Source: a virus
Lineage: Duplodnaviria > Caudoviricetes
Direction: 5' to 3' (one strand)
DNA: 40,156 nt
Virus record (IMG/VR): IMGVR_UViG_3300017645_000185
Coordinates: 1 to 40,156 of that record
A program made the position numbers and the translations under genes. Below are positions 34,494 through 40,156 of the stretch, piece by piece (the stretch's first letter is position 1; every line of letters begins with the position of its first letter). A model generated the notes under the pieces. The model was not told the origin of the DNA, made no database searches, and was given only the letters and a program-made list of their open reading frames with translations.

Positions 34494-36712
34494 TGGCGAG
34501 CCCGCAGGAGTTTGCATCGCAGTACGGCCCTCTTGCTGTCAATGTCGGCAAGACTCTGGGGGTTGCTCCAGACGTCTTGCTCGGTCAGTGGGGATTGGAG
34601 ACCGGGTGGGGGCGATCCGTTATCCCGGGGACTAACAATCTTGGGAACATTAAGGATTTCTCCGGCAGCGGAGTGTCCGCGACCGACAACATGACCGGAA
34701 GCCGGGACAGTTATCGTCGATACGACACTCCTGATGCGTTTGGTCAGGACTTTACGAGGCTGATCAACCGGCGCTATCAGAATGCCATTGGATCGGGCAA
34801 TGATCCCCAGAAATGGGCTGAGGCTCTCAGGTCTGGCGGATATGCGCAGGATCCGGATTACGTAAGGAAAGTAGTGGCGGCTACAGATCTCGTCCGAAAG
34901 AGTGGTGGCATTGGTGATCGCATTGCGTCTGCGATCCTCCCGTCCGCCCAAGCTCAAGTTCCGGCCACGCCCTGGAAAGAGGTTGTCTCGAAGCCCGAGT
35001 TTCAGGCGTTGAGTGCTGAGCAAAAGACCGCCGCTCAGAAGCAGTATTTCGATCAGGTAGTAGCTCCCAGAGTCCCTAAAGGAAAGCTAGAAGAGGCTCG
35101 CAGCCAGTTCTTTACGCAGTACCCCGTTGATTACATGCGTCTTGAGATGTCTCACGAGGAGCCTCAAGAACCTGTGTCGGACAGCTCCGCCGTTGGATTC
35201 GGTGCTGGTTTGGGCGCTGGGGTGGGTACGGTTGCTCTAAATGCGCAGCGCTATCTCGGAAAAGGCTTGCGCGGGCTGGGGGCTGATCGGGCAGGGAATT
35301 GGTTGGTCAATGATGCCGATTACGGTCTGAAGAACTTGCAGTCTCAAGTTGCCCCCTATCAAGAGGTCAGCCCCTTCGCTACGGGCGCCGGGGAGTTAAC
35401 CGGTAATGTAGCGGCAACACTTCCGGTTGGCGGCCTATTGGGAGCCGGAGTCCGCGCTGCCGCCCCCGCAATGGGAGCTGCCGCGCCGGTAGCATTGAGG
35501 ACAGCGGAAGCGTTGCGGACTTGGGGCATGAAGTCCGGAGCTGCGCCGGCCTCGATAGGGGGCCGTGTGGCGAATCTGGGTCTACGAGCCGGCGCGGGTG
35601 GCGCTACCGGTTACACAGCAGGAGGGTTGGTCAGTCCTGAAGATGCTGGAACGGCTGGGGTGGTTGGGGCTGCATTCCCTCTTGCTGCGACTGGTATAGG
35701 ACGTGGCGCTCAGGCCATAGGCCGCGCGCTAAGCGGAGGGGAAATCTCCCAGCCGGTTCGCGATCTGGCCTCCCGAGCGCAGGAGCTTGGAATCCGAGTT
35801 CCAGCTGATCGGATCGCTGACAGCCGGCCCCTGAACGCCATTTCGTCGAGCCTGAACTACGTTCCATTTAGTGGCCGTGCGGCGACCGAGGCCAGGATGC
35901 AGTCCGATTTCAACCGAGCGATTTCTCGAACGTTTGGGCAAGACTCCGAGAATGTCACTCAGGCATTGCGTCAGGCCTCCGATGACCTGGGCGCAAAGTT
36001 CGATTCTGTGCTACGCAATACCAGTGTCAAGGTGGACGATCAATTGGTAGCGGCTTTGGCAGAAGCAGAGCAGCGCGCAGCGGCGGAATTGCCGAGGGAT
36101 CAGGCCAGGATCATCGGGAATCAGATTGACGAAATCATAAACAAGGGATCGTCCGGGCAGATTGACGGACAAGCTGCTTACAACATCAAAAGGACCCTGG
36201 ACAGGATATCTCGCCGGAACACGCCGGAGGCTTTTTACGCTACAGACCTGCGCGGCACCCTGATGGATGCGCTGAATCGGTCTCTTGGCCCAGAGGAGGC
36301 GGCAAAGTTCGCTACCACTCGGCGGCAATATGGGAACATGCTTTCCCTGGAAAGGCTTGCTCAGAATGGTGTCGAGGGGGACATTTCCATTGGTCGTCTG
36401 GCGAACCTGCGAAATATCCGGAATCCTGAATTGCAGGAACTGGCAGATATTGCCGCGCAGTTCCTTCGCCAAAGGGAGGGTCAGCACGGAGCGGCCCAGC
36501 GGATCCTTGCCTTAGGGCTTACCGGAATGGCGGGCGGCCCGGGCGCAGCCGTGGCATCTGTAGGGGCCGGCAGGATGGCAAACACCCTGCTGAACAGCCA
36601 AGCAGTTCGAAATGCCATGCTTGGGACGGCGGACAACAGGGCTCTGGCGAGGGCATTGCGCCAAGCGTTACCGGCTAGCTCAAGAGTCGCCCCCGTGATC
36701 AGCGCCCAGTGA
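34493..36712 (+). CDS. DNA ejection protein 3 with N-terminal GH73/FlgJ-like muralytic domain
   Basis: QWGLETGWG..NNLGNIK..GGYAQDPDY..K; Gly/Ala-rich remainder. Confidence 0.85.
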   Translation: MASPQEFASQYGPLAVNVGKTLGVAPDVLLGQWGLETGWGRSVIPGTNNLGNIKDFSGSGVSATDNMTGSRDSYRRYDTPDAFGQDFTRLINRRYQNAIGSGNDPQKWAEALRSGGYAQDPDYVRKVVAATDLVRKSGGIGDRIASAILPSAQAQVPATPWKEVVSKPEFQALSAEQKTAAQKQYFDQVVAPRVPKGKLEEARSQFFTQYPVDYMRLEMSHEEPQEPVSDSSAVGFGAGLGAGVGTVALNAQRYLGKGLRGLGADRAGNWLVNDADYGLKNLQSQVAPYQEVSPFATGAGELTGNVAATLPVGGLLGAGVRAAAPAMGAAAPVALRTAEALRTWGMKSGAAPASIGGRVANLGLRAGAGGATGYTAGGLVSPEDAGTAGVVGAAFPLAATGIGRGAQAIGRALSGGEISQPVRDLASRAQELGIRVPADRIADSRPLNAISSSLNYVPFSGRAATEARMQSDFNRAISRTFGQDSENVTQALRQASDDLGAKFDSVLRNTSVKVDDQLVAALAEAEQRAAAELPRDQARIIGNQIDEIINKGSSGQIDGQAAYNIKRTLDRISRRNTPEAFYATDLRGTLMDALNRSLGPEEAAKFATTRRQYGNMLSLERLAQNGVEGDISIGRLANLRNIRNPELQELADIAAQFLRQREGQHGAAQRILALGLTGMAGGPGAAVASVGAGRMANTLLNSQAVRNAMLGTADNRALARALRQALPASSRVAPVISAQ

Positions 36713-36791
36713 GGCCCTTAATAAAGCCCACAATGGCGATGATGATCAGAAGGATGACCGCCTTCCAGATCTTGAATTCGATGTATTCCAT
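36699..36791 (-). CDS. 30-aa single-TM peptide, absent from ORF track
   Basis: MEYIEFKIWKAVILLIIIAIVGFIKGLTGR; TAAAAT -10 box 6 nt before the ATG. Confidence 0.6.
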   Translation of the reverse strand: MEYIEFKIWKAVILLIIIAIVGFIKGLTGR

Positions 36792-36802
36792 GGGCTGATT
36801 TT

Positions 36803-36825
36803 AGCCGCCTTCGGGCGGTTTTTTC
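36803..36825 (+). terminator. Intrinsic terminator after ejection genes
   Basis: AGCCGCC-TTCG-GGCGGTT followed by TTTT. Confidence 0.85.
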
Positions 36826-36840
36826 ATTGGAGTTACGAAA

Positions 36841-38052
36841 ATGCCCCGAAACGGCAGTGGGACCTATTCGCCGCCTTCGAACAGTTGGAATCCGGCAGTC
36901 AACGGCGTTACCGCAACGGCGAATGACTGGCAGTCGGTGCTTAACGACCTGGCCTCCGCGCTATCCGGATCCGTGGCCGCCGATGGTCAAACCTCCATGT
37001 CCGGCAGTCTGGATATGGACGGGAACCGGGTACGTCAGCTTGGCGCGCCCTCGGCCCCGGGGCATTCGATTCGCTGGGAGCAGTTCACCAAGGGCTCGGA
37101 TATCGAATCAGCCTCGGATATCACCATCCCCAACGAGGGGAACCTGTTCGAGGTCACGGGCGATACGGCGATCACGACCGTGGGCGATACCTATCCTGGT
37201 AGGACGGTGATTCTACGGTTCGAGGCTGGGATCACGCTGGAGCATTCATCGTCGCTGATTCTCCCCGGAGGGGCGGATATCACCACGACGGCCGGGGATA
37301 TGGCGGTATTCGTCAATACCGATCCTGGTGAATGGACGGTCATGTCCTACCAGCAGGGGGATAACAGCGGAGATCCGATCTTTGGCCTTCGTTTGTTACG
37401 CACCACACTGATTACGAGCACCGGAACATTCGAAAAGCTGGGTGCGACCAAGAAAGTCTATTTCAAGATCGTCGGGGGAGGCGGGGGTGGTGGTGGCGCT
37501 CAGGGTGGATCCGGGCCATCTGCTGGGTCAGGGGGTGGGGCTGGAGGTATTGGAGAAGGATGGATTGATACCGGAGACGTCCCTGCCAGCGCGACCATCA
37601 CCATCGGCGCCGGCGGTAGCGCAGGCTCAGCCGGCCCGAACGTGGGCGGCGACGGGGGAACGACTTCCTTCGACTCGCTTGCGACAGCGACTGGAGGGAC
37701 CGGAGGCGAGAACCTCTCGAATGCTGACAATTCCATTCGCGCTCGGGCGGGTGGCCCAGGAGGGTCCATCACCTATGACGATGCCGTGGTGGAGATCGTT
37801 CGCTCTGGGCAAACCGGAGAGCAGGGCGGCCCCGCGATGCGCGGCAGTTCCGTGGGGGAGTTTTCCGGGTGCGGGGGCGGTACTCCGTTCGGAGCTGGAG
37901 GGGTAGGGCGTTCCACCGGCCTGAATCAGGCAGGGGCGGACGGGATCGGCTGGGGTTCGGGTGGAGGTGGTGGGATTGTCTCCAATAGTTCCACGAGCCG
38001 CGCCGGGGGTGCCGGTCGCGGTGGCGCGCTTTACATCGAGGAATGGGCATGA
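36841..38052 (+). CDS. Tail fibre with glycine-rich C-terminal domain
   Basis: MPRNGSGTYS.P..DLA.ALS.S...DG anchor; VGGGGGGG...GG.G...IEEW domain. Confidence 0.8.
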   Translation: MPRNGSGTYSPPSNSWNPAVNGVTATANDWQSVLNDLASALSGSVAADGQTSMSGSLDMDGNRVRQLGAPSAPGHSIRWEQFTKGSDIESASDITIPNEGNLFEVTGDTAITTVGDTYPGRTVILRFEAGITLEHSSSLILPGGADITTTAGDMAVFVNTDPGEWTVMSYQQGDNSGDPIFGLRLLRTTLITSTGTFEKLGATKKVYFKIVGGGGGGGGAQGGSGPSAGSGGGAGGIGEGWIDTGDVPASATITIGAGGSAGSAGPNVGGDGGTTSFDSLATATGGTGGENLSNADNSIRARAGGPGGSITYDDAVVEIVRSGQTGEQGGPAMRGSSVGEFSGCGGGTPFGAGGVGRSTGLNQAGADGIGWGSGGGGGIVSNSSTSRAGGAGRGGALYIEEWA

Positions 38053-38447
38053 AGGCATTGATCGCAAACGGCGTCATAGCCGAACTGCACGAAACAGGGT
38101 TCCCGGTCGCGGAGCCCTTTTTTTGGGCTGATGCGCCGTCCGGAGTCAAGCGCGGGTGGCTCTACGAAAACGGCGAATTCTCGGCCCCTGATGCGCCTCC
38201 GTCGCCTCCTGTAGTGGCGGTCTCCCGACTTCAAGGAATCCTGGCTCTAGATGAAGCCGGTCTCTATGACGAAGTCCTAGGGGTGGTCAACGACCCGAAT
38301 ACCCCCAGGGCTGTCCGTCTGGCATGGGAGAACGCCCAGACCTTCGAGCGGTCCAGCCAGGCTCTGGCGTATCTCGCGCAGAAGGTAGGGATCACCAGCC
38401 AGCAGTTGGATGATCTATTCGCAGCGGCATCTGAGATCCAGGCATGA
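38049..38447 (+). CDS. Tail fibre assembly/chaperone-like protein
   Basis: GW.Y..G.F..P then VS..Q..LAL..WE.A..F.R..LD.LF..A. Confidence 0.7.
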   Translation: MKALIANGVIAELHETGFPVAEPFFWADAPSGVKRGWLYENGEFSAPDAPPSPPVVAVSRLQGILALDEAGLYDEVLGVVNDPNTPRAVRLAWENAQTFERSSQALAYLAQKVGITSQQLDDLFAAASEIQA

Positions 38448-38809
38448 CTCTGGCGAGTGACGACGCCAAGGTAATTTTGGCGGCCATCAACAACTGGCGC
38501 GCAGAACAGCGCACCGATGCCGAAACCCTGCGTAGGGACTATGACGCCAAGCATGCGGAGATTGAACGCAAGCAGGACGATCTTAGGCGGGAAATGATCG
38601 CGGTATCCGCAATGGTGAAGACCGCTGTTCCAGATGGAGATATTGACGGCCATCGCAGATACCACGAACTCTTGATCGAGCGTGAGCAGGACCGAAAGAC
38701 CCTGCGAAAGGCTGTGCTAACCCATTTGTTGAAGTCAAGCACTTTAGCCGCCGCTACCGGCGCGCTTTGGGTGCTCATTATGTGGGTTAAGGAGTGGATG
38801 AAAAAATGA
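38444..38809 (+). CDS. Membrane protein at head of lysis cassette (holin/antiholin-like)
   Basis: Coiled coil, P.GD..GHRRYHE motif, C-terminal TM. Confidence 0.65.
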   Translation: MTLASDDAKVILAAINNWRAEQRTDAETLRRDYDAKHAEIERKQDDLRREMIAVSAMVKTAVPDGDIDGHRRYHELLIEREQDRKTLRKAVLTHLLKSSTLAAATGALWVLIMWVKEWMKK

Positions 38810-39021
38810 TGATCGAAGACTGGAAGAAGCAATTCCCCAGGCTCTGGAGTGTGCGTCTGGCGCTCCTGGCGGCGCTTTTGTCCGCCGTGGAAGTGGCGAT
38901 GAACGTCTGGCTGACCGGAAAGCCCCCGCTGATCGTGCTGGGGGCTTGTGTCGTATCCCTGAGCGCGGCCATCGCCCGGGTCATCGCTCAGCCGAAGGTG
39001 CGCAATGAAGACGGCCACTAA
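38806..39021 (+). CDS. Holin (two TM segments)
   Basis: IEDWK...RLWSVRL...ARVIAQPK; directly upstream of the endolysin. Confidence 0.7.
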   Translation: MMIEDWKKQFPRLWSVRLALLAALLSAVEVAMNVWLTGKPPLIVLGACVVSLSAAIARVIAQPKVRNEDGH

Positions 39022-39508
39022 GCGTACCCTACAGGGAACCGTTGGGGCTGGAGCGGCGGCAATCCTGCTTTCCTTCGTTCCCAAGTTCGAAGGAATGGTC
39101 CTTAGGGGCTACAAGGATCCTATTGGGATAGTCACTGCCTGCGCCGGGCATACTCGTACCGCAATCCTGGGCAAACCGTATACCCTGGGCGAATGCCGGA
39201 ATCTTTTGGAGCAAGACCTGATCGAACATGCCGATGGAGTCTTGTCCTGCACGCCGGTCCTCAAAGACCATCCCTTCCAGCTTGCAGCGGCATCCAGCTT
39301 CGCGTTCAACGTCGGCACCGGGGCTTACTGTCGATCCATGACGGCCCGCAGGTTCAATTCGGGAGATTGGTCCGGAGGCTGCAAGGCCCTGAACGAAGCC
39401 GATAGCGGCAAGCCTCAATGGGTCTGGGCGGGGGGGAAGATCCTTCCAGGCCTGGTCAAACGCCGGCAGGCTGAGCGCGACCTGTGCGAGACGGACTTGC
39501 CTGGATGA
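39005..39508 (+). CDS. SAR endolysin, GH24 lysozyme
   Basis: Gly/Ala-rich N-terminal anchor; E-8-D-5-T triad in FEG...YKDPIGIVTAC.GHT; GLVKRRQAE. Confidence 0.9.
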   Translation: MKTATKRTLQGTVGAGAAAILLSFVPKFEGMVLRGYKDPIGIVTACAGHTRTAILGKPYTLGECRNLLEQDLIEHADGVLSCTPVLKDHPFQLAAASSFAFNVGTGAYCRSMTARRFNSGDWSGGCKALNEADSGKPQWVWAGGKILPGLVKRRQAERDLCETDLPG

Positions 39509-39969
39509 CCACGATTCTGCGCCTGCTGGCCCCATACCTGATCGGCGCCGGTATCCTGGCCGCCGCGGCTGGCGGCGTCGTCTGGTACGGCCATACAGAG
39601 CACGAAGCAGGCGTGCAGGAAGAGAGAGCCAGGGTAGAGCGCCTACAGGCCTCTATCACGGCCGCTATGCAGGAGGAAAAGGATCGTGCAGAAGCCAAAT
39701 ACAGAGGGGCCGTCCTGGCCCGGCAGGCTGCTGAAAAGGATTTATCTACTGCCCGCGCTCGCCTTGACCGGGTGTTGCGCGACAACGCCAACCGTGCCCA
39801 AGCTTCCAGAACCAGCGTCGGATCTGATGATTCCGGCCCAGACTGGATCGGCGTACTTGGATCGTGCTTCGCAGAATATGAATGGATGGGCCGAGAGGCT
39901 GGAAGGCTCGCAGACCAGGTGAACGGCCTGCAAGGCTACATCACTTCAATCCGAACCGCTCAGCCCTGA
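39505..39969 (+). CDS. Rz-like inner-membrane spanin
   Basis: N-terminal TM and coiled coil ending GLQGYI. Confidence 0.8.
   Translation: MTTILRLLAPYLIGAGILAAAAGGVVWYGHTEHEAGVQEERARVERLQASITAAMQEEKDRAEAKYRGAVLARQAAEKDLSTARARLDRVLRDNANRAQASRTSVGSDDSGPDWIGVLGSCFAEYEWMGREAGRLADQVNGLQGYITSIRTAQP
39686..39922 (+). CDS. Rz1-like outer-membrane spanin embedded in Rz
   Basis: +1 frame, LTGC lipobox, Pro-rich segment, GGAGG upstream of GTG. Confidence 0.75.
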   Translation: MQKPNTEGPSWPGRLLKRIYLLPALALTGCCATTPTVPKLPEPASDLMIPAQTGSAYLDRASQNMNGWAERLEGSQTR

Positions 39970-40156
39970 AGACAATCTCATCGTCGGCCCCGATCTCGCG
40001 CATCCAGAAGGCACATCCCATGTCAGGGTCGGCGATCACGGCAGGGCTGTGGGGGCCATGGCAGACCGTGTGATAGCCCTCTGCGCAGGTCTCGCCGTAC
40101 CAATGGGTGCAGGTCCAGCAGCCTCCGCGTGGGTCTTTCTGGCGGTAATCTTCCAT
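39941..40156 (-). CDS. Cys-rich small protein at prophage end
   Basis: CWTC.HW..C..C..GCAFW.RE.GADD. Confidence 0.7.
   Translation of the reverse strand: MEDYRQKDPRGGCWTCTHWYGETCAEGYHTVCHGPHSPAVIADPDMGCAFWMREIGADDEIVFRAERFGLK

Larger units (their letters stand above)
1..40156. mobile_element. Temperate phage/prophage, lambdoid regulation with P22-like podovirus morphogenesis
   Basis: Integrase-xis, divergent cI/cro switch, replication, Q, terminase-portal-capsid, ejection proteins, no tape measure or sheath, lysis cassette. Confidence 0.95.

Noticed and set aside
36841-38447. Diversity-generating retroelement or tail-fibre shufflon
   Set aside because: No reverse transcriptase or invertase, and no duplicated TR/VR or alternative fibre tips seen
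1-40156. attL/attR core repeats
   Set aside because: Window is trimmed to gene boundaries at both ends; no terminal direct repeat visible

Overview
The window is a near-complete ~40 kb temperate phage/prophage with lambdoid early-gene logic and a podovirus-type (P22-like) virion module. A betaproteobacterial host is inferred only from GC content and gene style. The window starts at the integrase stop and ends at an ORF start, so att sites are not visible. Left arm (minus strand): integrase, excisionase, a DEDD exoribonuclease, many small accessory genes including an Acb2-like anti-CBASS protein, a Sak4-like ATPase and an 18-bp-repeat hexapeptide protein. Immunity region: PL and PR with five TAGC-N5-GCTA operators, a repressor with no autopeptidase domain, cro, cII, and a hicBA/lipoprotein insert. 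Right arm: NinB-like protein, replication initiator with iterons, DnaB-like helicase, RusA, Q-like protein, terminase, portal, scaffold, capsid, tailspike, ejection proteins, tail fibre, and a holin/SAR endolysin/Rz-Rz1 lysis cassette. The most unusual signals are non-coding. A ~420-nt multi-helix RNA closed by a 33-nt long-range stem follows boxA in the PL leader, and no N gene is recognisable. A ~280-nt multi-junction, possibly pseudoknotted RNA lies between two terminators upstream of terS. All protein and RNA assignments were made by eye; no searches or folding programs were run.
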